DNA of 62,241 bases, counting the filler, from Choristocarpus tenellus KU-1152 (lineage: Eukaryota > Protista > Phaeophyceae): NCBI GenBank assembly GCA_964200185.2. It is 5 parts of 5 records of this genome, joined end to end, with 100 filler letters (N's around TTAATTAATTAA, not from the genome) between each part and the next. Parts side by side here need not be neighbours in the genome. Positions count along the whole stretch, not along the records: positions 19,708 to 51,679 come from CAXNAD020000076.1; 4 more parts are not named here. The stretch is one strand, 5' to 3'. The translations under genes were made by a program, and so were the position numbers. Below the pieces are notes generated by a model. The model made no database searches. It worked only from the letters and a program-made list of their open reading frames with translations, and was not told the origin of the DNA. Each line of letters starts with the position of its first letter. The first letter of the stretch is position 1. Shown here piece after piece: positions 26,600 through 39,000 of the stretch.

Positions 26600-29500
26600 T
26601 CCTCGGTTATGGCGGACTTAGGTCGGGTCAGTGATGCGGATGAACGAGGACTAACCAGATTCAAAATTTTGGCGAGTGTTGGTCTGGCTTTTCTTGTCAG
26701 ACTTGGTTCTCAATACAGTAGGGACCAACGAACGACCTTTTGTGGTACTGGTTTATCTGTCGTGTTCATGTCTAGTAAGTCACCTGTGACCGACGGCAAG
26801 TCAAGCAGAATGTGGGGTTGGTTGTTTTGTCAGGAGTTTCCTTCCCTATTTTGAGGGGATTTCTTCTGGGTCTTTGTCTTTCCACAATGCGACCATGTCC
26901 GGGGAGATGGTCGGAATTGTAATTGGTGAAGCCCGAGTGACAGCTTGGGGCCTTGACACCCACTGGTACGTCTCTAGGCTTGTTGTCCTTGATGCTTGGA
27001 GTTTGTGTGTGTTTGTTGTAATCCTGGATTTCCATTCACATTGAGATCCTACGTAATTTTCCCTCTCTGTTTTTAGCGGACAAGCTATTTCTCATGCCCA
27101 TGCCGACACTCTGTGAAATTGGTGATGACCTTGATCTGAAAGCGGTAGCCTGAACTTGTTCAAGTGAGGTCCTATATTGTGGCTTGATCTTTCGTGTGAG
27201 ACCTAACCTACCCTTGGTGGGAATGTTGATGTATAGAAAAGGGCCACATCATTCTCCTTGCTTAAGCAGCTTACCTTCCGCGTCGGCGGGTCAGTAGTAG
27301 TTTTTAGATGAGTGGATTTGATTGAAAGAGTGTTTGGCCTGTACGGTTGGTTGGTGTTCGGACACCTTTCTAGATGACTTTGGCCGTTTGATTCGGCAAA
27401 TTTGACGAGTGCATTTGACCAATTTCTTTTTGGTTGATGTTCAAACCACTTTGCTAGAGAGTTGGATAAGATGTCGCGAAAGGAGATTTGGCCAGTACAT
27501 GTGATCGATAATCCGATCTTCTTGGGGTTTGGCCTCCTCTCCCCATATTTCCTACTTTCATATGCGGTACGCAAAGTAGCTGCATGAGTCAACCTCGGCT
27601 CAATGTAGGTTGTACATGAAATGGTTTATCTGAATAGGTGCCATGTTTTCCAAATATGTTGGATTTTGGATTGTTTCCTTGATATTGTGCTCTTCCCTCG
27701 TTGCATACTGTTCATGCAACCAGGTCTTTATTGGTACCACTGGACAACTCGCATCCCTTTATTACATGGTCTTCCCACCACACTTTCGTTTGGGTGTGAT
27801 GGAGGTGTGATTTCACGTGCCCTCCCAGGAAGCATATCAATGCATCATGAGTCAAGTACGAGGAGTAAGAAGGGACGGAGATGGTGGAAGTTGGAGGTTG
27901 GAGACTAAAGATAATATTTTCTGTCTTTGTGGTGGAGGGCAGGAGAATGAATGGATTGGTTGTGAGTATTCTACTGAATCATACGCCACAACAACCCACA
28001 TAGTTCCCCATTATTTGTTGGAAATGCATTCGGTTGTGGGGAAGGATGCCTTGGATCAACTCCCTATGCAGAGCTCGGAAATGGTTGATGGAAGGAACGT
28101 ACTTCATCTCGGTGCCCCTGTTGAGTGTAGTGTATCTGTGTTTGGGGAAGGAGTGTTGTCCTTGTATGTCTTGCGAATGTTTAATGAAAGATGGCGAACT
28201 AGGTGAGACATATGTTGCAAGCCTTCTCTTTTTGCATCATGTTATTAATAGCAAGAGATACTCTAGCTAGGCATGAGTGGAGAGTTGAATTTGGAGTATC
28301 CACCTGTTTTGTGTGGAGGAGTTATGAGCCTGCTGCATCTCATGTCATTTTCTCTTTATGTAGTTAGAATTCCTGTGATCTGGTGGGGAGTTCTAGGTGG
28401 GGAAAGTTTTGGTGGAGGCTGCAGATCCTAAGACCACTGCCTTGTCAGAGTCGAGAAATTTCATTGAATTGGAACCTGAGTAAAGAGAGTAGGTCGTTGA
28501 GATAAAAACATTAAATTTGCGCTAGCCCTGGCCAGCAATCCAAGTTCATCTTGTGATGGTAGGTAAGCCTTTAAATGTTGGATCCCATGGCTAGATGCTA
28601 GGATTTCCATGGGAGAGGGACCAGGGAATGGTTCCAAGAGAGGATAATAAGTTCTTGAGGAGGCAAGACATCACCATGTGGGTGAAACCCTTGTGTTGGA
28701 GGCTAAGATGTTTGTCATGTAGTATTGAAGACTAGTGTGTAGCAGCATGATGGTATTTCCATAATAGGACAGGAGACTTCACAGTGCCATCCAATTATTT
28801 TTGTCATGTAGTATTAAAGACTAGTGTGTAGCAGTATGATGATATTTCCATAGTAGGACAGGAGACTTCATAGTGCCATCCAATCGTGTATGTGTTGAAT
28901 GCCTTGAAGTACAGTATGAGTATTGGGTGACAGGCCTATATTTGTATTGATGGTCCCTTTCTGTTTAGATGTTTGGTGATGAGAATGGTCTTTTCGTGAC
29001 CATTGTATGCAATTTGATGTGAAGTTGACTTGTGTTAAGATGCTTGTGTAGATGAGAGGAAATAGACCAAAGTGTTTGTTGGTGATGTAGGTCCTGCTAT
29101 TGATGACATCAACATAAAGAGACAAGTAGCTAGATGATGTGATGGCCAGTTGTATCTTAGCTGTTTCAAACACATGCAAATACTTTTTTTTCAAGGCCAA
29201 GAGACAGGTTTCAATGTCATAGGCCCTTTTGGAGAAGCTGGTAGTGAGGACATGTACACTGGTTTCATAGTGTTGATTTATCTAGCACTAATCTCTGTGA
29301 CTTGTGAAGACCACCATATATCAGTAGCATACAATAATCATACACGTGCATGCTTTCACAGGACTGCCACTTGTGCAATTTACCTTGGGAGGTAGTGCTA
29401 TTTATCAGTAGTGAAGACAAGAAGGTGTGAAGCCTCACATGGTTCCCCATTGCTGAACGTGATTACATGGGTGAAATTAGAAGAGTGACCTTTGTGGGTA

Positions 29501-30500
29501 TCTTCTTATTGCTTGTTTATTATTATTTTGTGCTTCCTACATAAGTCAACGGTTATGTATAAGTAGTTGAATGCAGATTAAAACCCATACATAATCCCAT
29601 TCATAATCCGGATGTACTATCTCATTAGTTACATCTCTCATACACAAAATAAGGTACACCTCACTATTGTCCTATTTTGCACACTCCCCCATGAGAGTGC
29701 AGGCAATGAAGGGTTGCTGGAACTCTCAAACCTAAAACATCTTATTCTGCACACCACTCACGTTGAAGCACAATAGACTAGAGGGATTAGAAGTTGCACT
29801 ATAGATATAATGCATGAAGTATCATCATAAGAGAGATGGCTTTGGTGGATTATGATGTCTTGATATCCACGTACTCAGGTGGTGGGCTGGTGCAAGCCGG
29901 AAGGGGGGCCTGACAGACAGGAAGTATTTTAGGCAGATAGATTTCTTGTTGCTAGTTGTATCTACTGTACATATTTGGAGATGGAGTATGAGTACCTGAC
30001 TTCCTTAGAGGCAACTAGTATTTTAGGTTGTCCAAACATGACTAAATATGGTGAGGTGTGGTGCAAGCTCAAAGAGCAGGGTCAATTGGAGATAGATCGA
30101 GCGGTTATCATCACGAGGTGTTGACACAGGCATGCTCTGGTTTTGAAATCATTTTGATTCTGGTCTTCTTTGTGTAACGCAAGGAACAAAGGTCAGAGTT
30201 GCTAGTGGGACTTGGCGTGTACTACATGACTGTGGACGAAATAGCAAGTATTTATACTGCAGTGGTGTCAACGCAAGTTGATCAAGTGATGTACTCCCAG
30301 AGGTTTTGTGAGTTGAGGTCCCAGAAGACGATTGCGTTGTCCGGTGGGGTTGTGTTGAAGGCATCCTGGTGTTATAGTTCCTAGCCGCCTGCTGAGAGGG
30401 GTCAACGAAAGAGTATCCACATGTATTGAATTTAGTATGGATTTTGTTGATTGCTGAAGGAACCAACGACAACAACAATGGTTACCTGATAAATTTGGCA
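26600..30500 (-). mobile_element. Possible heavily degraded non-LTR retrotransposon relic
   Basis: About 4 kb of strand-biased, ORF-remnant-like sequence with no evident exon structure. A weak APE-like VVVVGSFSN...HQDAF...P remnant lies near 30480-30340 on the minus strand. No RT motif was recognised. Confidence 0.25.
28711..28884. repeat. Tandem duplication, 89-bp period, 2 copies
   Basis: tttgtcatgtagtatt(g/a)aagactagtgtgtagcag...gtgccatccaat starts at 28711 and 28800. Confidence 0.9.
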
Positions 30501-30915
30501 AATTATGAACATTGCCGTAGTTTTGATCTTTTTTAGCGTCATTTTCCCTCTAGTCCAAGAACTATTCCTAACCCCATGGTTAAAAAATCACACACTTTTC
30601 TATTTCTCGTTCCAACCAACCACTAAAAACACCTGTTACACTACGACTGTTTGTACTACCAAGGTTTGTGAACTGCCAAGGTTTGTGTGTTTGCTTCTCA
30701 CACATTGGGCAGCATCATCCCAGTGGCCGTGACTTCGCCTCCTACCAGGTCTTATTGCTGGGTCCAGACCTTGATATCGCGAGGATTTAAATAAAGCCTT
30801 GTCTTGTCCTCTCGTTCCTGTCCCTCGCACTTTTTTTTGGTGTAAGAAGTACAGGGCAAACATATTGGGATATCCGCATGTAAGAAAGTATGCGTGTATG
30901 TGTTAGGAAACGATA

Positions 30916-30988
30916 TGGAGAATGTGGGTATCAATCCCGCTACTCCTTTCATGCTAAGGAAGCGCTCTACCATTTGAGCTAATCCCCC
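30916..30988 (-). tRNA. tRNA-Ala(AGC)-like sequence, degenerate (pseudogene or SINE head)
   Basis: Reverse complement GGGGGATTAGCTCAAATGGTAGAGCGCTTCCTTAGCATGAAAGGAGTAGCGGGATTGATACCCACATTCTCCA (73 nt). The D-arm is intact and the anticodon is AGC, but there are C-A mismatches in the anticodon and T stems and an altered B box. Confidence 0.8.
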
Positions 30989-32986
30989 CTACTACGACGG
31001 AGTTTCGACACCAATATATATAAATAATAAATAAAAGTAACTTTCTCTTCCGTGTCAAGAACGATCATGACATCATGGCCTTTCCGAGAAAAATATGTTT
31101 ATGTGGGATATGATGCATAGCCTCAATATAGCATGTTCTAGCCAATAGCCGTGACGCGTAACGGTGCATCTAACAATGAAAAGGTTTTACACCAGGATAC
31201 AAAATGTAGCTCAAGAATCGTCAGGCTGACGATTATGAGGGTGAACCAGAGATGTTCACCGATTGGAGTTGGAGGTGTCGGTGACAATGCAGCCAACAAA
31301 AAAAGACTTGCCTACGTTCTTTTCATCCACTTCTTGTCAGAAGTGCGTGGAAGAGGTTGTTTCATATATTTCATGAGGTTATGAAATTGAAAAAAGTGTT
31401 GGTAAAAACAACTGCAAATACCTGCTGCTTCCACCTGGCCCCTCTCCTCGGAGTGCTCATAGGCCCAAACCCCTAAGGAACCCCTTAATCTCTCCCAACT
31501 TTGCTTTCCTTCTCCACATTGTGAAAAAAAACTCCAAATCACGATCGTTTTGAGCGCTTCATATTCTGCTCCCCCAGAAGAAGTCACCACAAGGGTGACT
31601 CCTTGCCCCAGGGTCTGATGCATCAAAAAGAAAACACGGATATCTTGATGAGCAATTCTATAGAGATCATCATAACCCCCCTCCTCGTTATTTCCGTCCC
31701 ATGCGGCCCCCTGTGAATTCATAACCTTATCTCTCGACAACCTCTACCCTATGGCCAGTAGAATGCGAACTGTGACTCTTTAGGAAGACACACCTGGCTT
31801 GTATGGCATTTTCGTTATAGCATTTATTTGAGTGTTACAGTATTATTACAAGTAGTCAGCAAAGTCCAGTTGCTGCCAACGTCCAAGCCACATACTTTCG
31901 GAGCATCCAGTAGATCGACTCTTGTTCTTTGAATCTGCATGTGGTAGTGTTCGACATACAACTAAGTATCCTCACAGAAGGCACCCCTAGAGGTCCACGA
32001 GAGAGGTTCACAGGTATGGACCGATTTGATACAATAAGCATTTATTATATATAATTGGGTTGGTGGATTGTTCAGATATAAAAAACCAGTTCGAGTTTCC
32101 AAAAATGAAAAGAAAAAACTACGTAGTACCACGACCGTGTCGTAACCGCCAAAAACCGCCTTGACAAGGAGTTAATACATAACTGCGTGACCAATCCAGT
32201 CGGGTACATCTCATTGTGCACAGATAATGGGACCTCAAGAAAAATTTCTAGGTATGTTCTAAAGACTAAGGTTTACAAACTGGGAGTCGTGAATAATCAA
32301 CAGTGATTTGGTCCGTAGTTGTAGGAGAACACTGGAATATTCAGGACTGCCATAATGTGTGGTTGAGCTTGTGGTTGATGAAGAGTTCATCCCTAGGTAG
32401 CAGAGTGGTGGAAATCAAAGTGATGGACTTGAGTCTTTAACAGTACTGATAGTTGCATGCAATCTGTAGAGACAAGGCACCTTCAGCGTCCTCGTACTAC
32501 TTCAGTCTAAACACTGGCTTTGCAGGAGTTTGACTAATGCTCACATCATGAGCTTATCATTTTGATGATAGATTCTAGACACTTCTCCTCCTCAGCTACG
32601 GGATGCTGAGCCCATGCTACGTCCTAACGAGACGTTTGTGCACTTAAAAGAACGCGTGTCTAGAGGGAAGGCTGGAGGGGAATCCGTAACAACTTGATAT
32701 TGTTCTTTCTTTCATTCGGGAACCTAGCGGCAGAGAAAGTAGATCAAATGGATCGCCAGTCGGTGGTTGTTTATCGAGGATGAAGCAACAGAGAATGCAG
32801 AACTTTGGAGAATCCTTACAGATGTGACTAATCTATGAGAATGTCCTCAACTATCAGTGTTCACTTCTGGTTCCTTTGAGTCGTCTTACACTTCCACGTA
32901 CCCTTTGCAATGCAGGGTAGGCTTGGGAAGCAGTCCTCCCTTGTGAGACTGACTCTCAGCTTCCCAAAACTGTTAAACGCTAACGA

Positions 32987-33028
32987 ATGCCTCAATCTCC
33001 AAGGAGAAGACTAGCGAAAGGGAGTTGA
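32987..33028 (+). promoter_or_regulatory. 13-codon upstream ORF whose TGA directly abuts the in-frame CK1 ATG
   Basis: atg cct caa tct cca agg aga aga cta gcg aaa ggg agt TGA ATG ATG. Confidence 0.35.
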
Positions 33029-36000
33029 ATGATGAGTGCGAGCTCTGCTGCTGCAGTCACACCGAACAATGGTTTCGCACCTCTCATCAATGAGCAGTAT
33101 CGCATCGCTAAACGCCTGGGAGGGGGAAGGTGTGCTCCAAATTGTTTTAATTTATCAAGTATATGTGCCTTTTAAAATATTTGCCCAATCTAATTGGCAT
33201 TAGCTCGCGGACAGACTGGCTTGCTTCTATGCCCACGTATTGCACAGAACACATGAGCAAATACATATTTGAGCACAATGATAATTGATGCTTTCGAAGC
33301 AGATCATTTCTCACATTTCAAATCGTGACTTTCGTTACACCTCCCCCTGCTCAAGAAACTATGCACTATCTTACCTTATCAAATTCAAAGTTCAACCCAC
33401 ACCCTCTTCTTTGCTCAAAAATAGCTTTGGAGACATTTATCTTGGTGTTGGACAGAATGGTGAGAGGGTGGCTGTCAAGTTTGAGAAACATACCACAAGG
33501 TGTCCACAGCTTCGACATGAGTACAAGGTCTACCGAGAGCTCCAAAAGTGTCCCGGCTTCGGAAAGGTGCGATGCCCTCACACACCAAAGCACTATATTT
33601 GGGTCGCATCAAATTTGACAGTGAGGCGATAGTGGGAAAGGCTACACACGCACCAATGGAATAAGCCCATGCATCACATACGATCAACAAGGCTCACAGG
33701 TGCTGCAACCTCTCCATTGTATGAATGATATTAATGGTGACATCACTGCAATGATTTCATCCCTTCAATAATCTTGAGTAAGAGTGGAGGACTTGTGGTT
33801 GATGATGTTTCAAAGGAAGCAAATGGGCTCTGCAATTGTTGGAGAAATTTACCTCAAGCACAAAGCAGTTCCTGTGCAGCATGTTAAGTATGGAGATACA
33901 AAATATACACCGAGTATTATACCTTGAAGATGGGATTTGTCAGGTTGCATCCAATGACTCAGGGAGACCAAAAGAAAGGGAGCACAGAGATCTGATTCTA
34001 ACATCCAGAGTGGTTTTCCTATTTACACCCCTCAAACATACCCCAGCTCTTCTGCAACTATGATTATTAACAGTCTGCACACACAGCAGCAGTCTGAAGT
34101 AATCCAAGGAATCTTATTCTAAAAGAGGTGTATTGACCTCCTGATGTCAGGAGGGTTGTGTCCATCAAAACATCGTAAGGTCAACATGACGTTGTATGTT
34201 CGCCACCAAATGTGTGTAAACCACCATATGTAACCATGTTTCCTCGCTACAAAGTATAAAGCGCCAATTTGTCACTGTCCCGTCTGTCCCCTCAAAAGAG
34301 AGCTATGGCAGTAGTTAGAATATGTAACTCCTACTTTCATACTAGAGGGTAGCTTTTGACCAACCTCCTGACACCATCCCAAATGAGATCTCAATTCTTT
34401 GTCGACTAAAATGCCATCACGTGTCTAACTTGTTGTGGCTCTGCCTATCACTGTGAAGGTACATTACTTTGGTACACACAACAGCTACAATGCCATGGTT
34501 ATGGACTTGCTGGGACCATCCCTGGAAGATCAGTTCACAAAGTGCGGCCGACGTTTCTCTCTAAAGACAGTTCTCCAAATTGCAGATCAGCTCCTTGAGA
34601 GAATGGAAGCTATGCATGCCAGGTGCTTGGAGTACTACTTGGGTACTGCATACGTGGAATGCTATGAAGGGAAATGTTGGGAAACCAATAGACTTCAGAA
34701 CTATGTAAGATTTTTGCAGCCCTGCAATTTATTGGGGCAAGATTGCAAGAGGTGGGTATCGAGCGCTGAGCCCAGCCTACACAAATTAGTCCCCTTCTTG
34801 GGAGTGGGTGCAGGTTTAGCCAAGGGGTAAGAGTGAAGGATGGCTGTGATCCTAGTATTATTTTTTATACTGGTAATTCACTTCTTACAGTCTTGTTGAC
34901 CTGCGTTTCTCCTTTCCTGCATCCTTTACTCCAATAGGCATTTAATTCATAGAGATGTGAAGCCTGCAAATTTTGTGCTGGGGCCAGGTCGAGGATGCCA
35001 AACAGTCTTCTGTATTGACTTTGGCCTCAGCACAAGGTATCGTCATCCAACAACCCTTCAGCATATACCATACCGGGATGGACGCTCCCTCACTGGGACA
35101 CCCCGGTGAGAGAGGAGGGAGGCATATTGTTGGCTCCCGTCTCATTTTGGTAGAACATTTCAGTCCTCTAAGACTTTTTAGGTTCAAGGTTTCGCCTACC
35201 CATCACAGACAGCACTTTTGATACCTTGATACCATTTACAGTACAGCAAAAGGATATTTTAAAACTATGCCAGTTGCATCCTATGTTGCAGGACCACAAG
35301 CCTCTCACCACATAGGTTGTTGATGCTCACAATGGAAAAAAGGCTCAACCTCATTGGCAGTCAGGACCTAATCCTCTCCCACATCGAATTGTTTTCAAAA
35401 CATCGTTTGCCCCTTTCACCTTCATTACAGGGAGTCAAAGTGAGCAAGAGGCACCCAGGTTTTGGCCATTTTGCATCTTGAGTCAGTTTTCAATCTTATG
35501 ATATTCACTCATATTTTTTATGGATGAAGTATTTAGATTTTTGACTTGAGAAAGTTTCTTCCTCTATCTTATGAAACCTTTTGCCCACGATTCAGAACAG
35601 ATCGTATGCGCATTTGTAAAAAAGAAGCCAAAATTTGGAAATATATGTGTCAGCATCCTTAAAATGCAATTCTGGGTACCTCCCACTTACTTTGACTCAG
35701 GTATGCCTCCATCAACAATCACCTCGGCATAGAGCAAAGCAGGCGGGACGACTTGGAGAGCATTGGGCAAGTATCAACTCGTTTGTGCCCTCTGCAAGTT
35801 GGAGAAAATCAACATGTAGTTTAAGCTCATTCGACACACCTGTAGCCTTTAGCTCTTGGAATCTTACACCCCTCTGATCATACCAACCATCAGCTCTCTC
35901 GGAAAATCCAACCTTGAACCCTAACCTTATACAAACTACGTGGTGAAATCGCTGTGTTGATTTCTGAGAGAGCGGTTGGTTCAAAAGGGGTTACACTCCA

Positions 36001-39000
36001 GTGTATTGAAAAAAAAAGGGTACAAGAATTTGGCGTATATGATAGGCTGTTTTGATTTTTAGCCGGTTATTTGATGTCTCCTCTTTGGCAAGCAGATACT
36101 GCAATTTGGGACTTGCTAGTGGATCTTTATTCATTGCTTTTTTTGTTGGTAGTGACACGTGAGGGATGCAAATCATTGATCTTTTTTTTTTATGCCACCA
36201 CAAAATGTTCTGCTCTTGAAACATATTATGTATATATATATATACACCACCGAGAAGAGTCGCAAAGTCTCGATCGAGTTTTGGCACCCTCCCACCACAC
36301 CCGTGTCAACTTACACCCTCAACTTACATCCTCTCGCCGAGGTTAGTGTGCGCTGCCCATATGATGATAGGGTTAGGGTTAGGGTTAGGGTTAGGGTTAG
36401 GGTTAGTTAAAACGGAGATGATAGAACCTTACATTGATAGTGATGACGGTACTTCTGTTTATTTTGTTGACCTTATCCAGTGAATCCTCAACGGCTTTGG
36501 CTCAAAGTATCTGGGGGGGATAGTGGCGGCTGTCCATTTTTGGGGTCAATTTTTTCATGTCACGATTATTCGATGATTTGGTTGCATACATCGGATGGAT
36601 AATGTAAACAAACTTTTCCTGATTTTGGTCCAAAAGGAACACCCTGGTGTAGCCCCCCCCCCCCCAGATACTTCGAGTATTTCTGTTGATGATTTCATTC
36701 ACATGCGAAAAAATGTTGAGACTTATGACAGTAGTGAATGGCGTGCAGCCAAGCCTCTTCATCCATTGATGTTGAAGCAACAAGGCAACAAGGTTGGGGA
36801 AGGGGTTCTGTGATGCAGACATCCAGAAGGTCTTTGTGTGATGATCCTTTGTGGTCACAAAGGTGTACTGTTATTGGTCACCCAAGGGTGAAAAGGGATA
36901 CATACCTGTTCGGAATAGTAGATGGCATGAGGTATACATCCGCCTTCCAGATCAAAGAGATAGCAGCTTTAGGTATCACTCGGTATTGCACATCTATTTT
37001 GCATAGTCCTTACATACCGACAACTAGTTCATTTCCTTTTCACCCATTTTGTGTACCCTTTTTGAACATGGTAAGTTTGGACGTACCCCTTTTTGTCCGA
37101 TACTCTTTCTAAGATCCATAAGGGATATACTCATGGTTGACAAAGGCCCTAATACAAAATCGGTTAGGGTTCTGAAACTGTTAATTTCGCATTAATCCTA
37201 GCTTTACAAACACAACAGCCCGAAAGATCTCCTTCATGCCGTGGTAGTTTTTCTTTCTTGGTAACCACCATTTTGAGGGCAATGCTCTTACCTAGCAACA
37301 ATTTTGGCCCAAATTTGATCACATTGTTGTTGATTGAAATGAAAAGGTATGTCCTGGTGTACTTCCTAAAGGGATCGCTACCATGGCAAGGTCTCAAGGC
37401 CCGGAATGCCAAACGGAAGTATAAGATGATACTTGAAAAAAAGCAGTCTATCAGCATCCAACAGCTTTGCCAGGTAAAGGAACCCAACTTGTGCTATGGT
37501 TGCTGTAGACAACTTTCTTCATGCCTGGTATTCCATGGTCTCATCTGGGACCCCCTCATCAGCATAGTCTCTTGTTCCTCTTTGCACAGATCGCCACAGA
37601 GCTCTCTTACCTATGCAGTGATAGCACATGTGGGTCCTGGTTTGTGTTGAAAAGGAATTTTTTTATCCATGCCACCTCGCGAACATACTTCTTTCACACT
37701 CTCAGGTGAATGGACTAATCTTGTAAAGGCAGGAGGGGGTTGAGTACAATCTCTCTCTGGTGTTCACCCAAGTGCTTCTACATACCTGTGTTCGAGCTGC
37801 TACAGATAACCCTAACTCTATACATTTGCCAATATGAGAACTTGTATATAACATCCTTCATGCTTCGTGTGGTGATGGCACTTAAACTATGGTTTCATCA
37901 ATGATACGACTATTGACTAACAGCAACATATCATTTGAACTTTACCCCCCTTCATGTAGTCCTCCTTCTCAGTGCTGTAATGGGCAACACAAACCATGGT
38001 ACCATCATGGTTGAAAACAGTAAATTACCCCCTTACATTTGGTCTAAGTATTCCATCTGATGACTCCAGTAGATTTTTCAGCAGATATATGTTACGTTTC
38101 TTTGTGGAATGAAACTCTAATGAAGGTGATGACATCACAAGCAAGAGGTGCGAGGAACACTTTCTCACTGAAGAAAAAAACACTTCCTACCACAAGAGTT
38201 TTTTTTTCTCCTTCCGTTACTCTGTGAAAGTGCTCTCCCCTCACTACAGACAGGCACCTTTTTGCTGTTGCAGAAACTGCAGATAAGAAGTACGGCTGAT
38301 TGATATGGCAGTACAGGAGATGCATTTACATTTGTGTGACATAACCTTCAGAGTATGTAATTCACTTCTCTGACAATGGTTGGAAGTCACAAAAATATTG
38401 CTGCAAACATCGTGCCTTTGAGTACTCAATACTATTCAGGAACCGCATGATCCTTGCAAAGTTCCCAAGTTTAAAGCTGTTCTCCCGAACAATATCCCTT
38501 GTTGCGGACAACAGGGCCTTCCTCAGCAGTTTGCAGAGTACTTGGCATATTGTAGGTCACTCAAGTTCGAGGCCAAGCCCAATATGTCATACCTGCAGGT
38601 AGGAGTCTTTGCTGAATTCTCTACACAAAGAAATGATCGTTTTTGCTTCCAAAGTACAGTGTAGGTACCTGTTGAAGGTATCCTCTTATGTGTTAGGTTT
38701 GGTATTGACTCATGCTGGAAAACGATATGATTGCACTTGTTCAAGATGGTTCTACATCTCGGCTCTTGAAGGGTACCCTTACAAAGCACACAACTATGCC
38801 GTACTGAGCATCAATCGTAGTGTTGGAGACGTGGGAATATTGTGCTATGATTAGATGTTTGCGGTGTGCTTCTACTTTGAATCAGCTGAAGCCCCTCTCT
38901 GCGAATACTTCACCTATTTCATATTGTGTGACATGACCACTAGTAACCAACTCATGACAGAACTAAATAGGCTAACGAAAGAATGAGTTGCCAATTTTTA

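Noticed and set aside
31312-31740. 142-aa minus-strand ORF
   Set aside because: Non-ATG start, no recognisable motif and no exon partners; possibly decayed TE sequence but unsupported.
33026-33028. In-frame TGA as a selenocysteine codon
   Set aside because: No redox motif, CK1 is not a known selenoprotein family, and I could not identify a SECIS.
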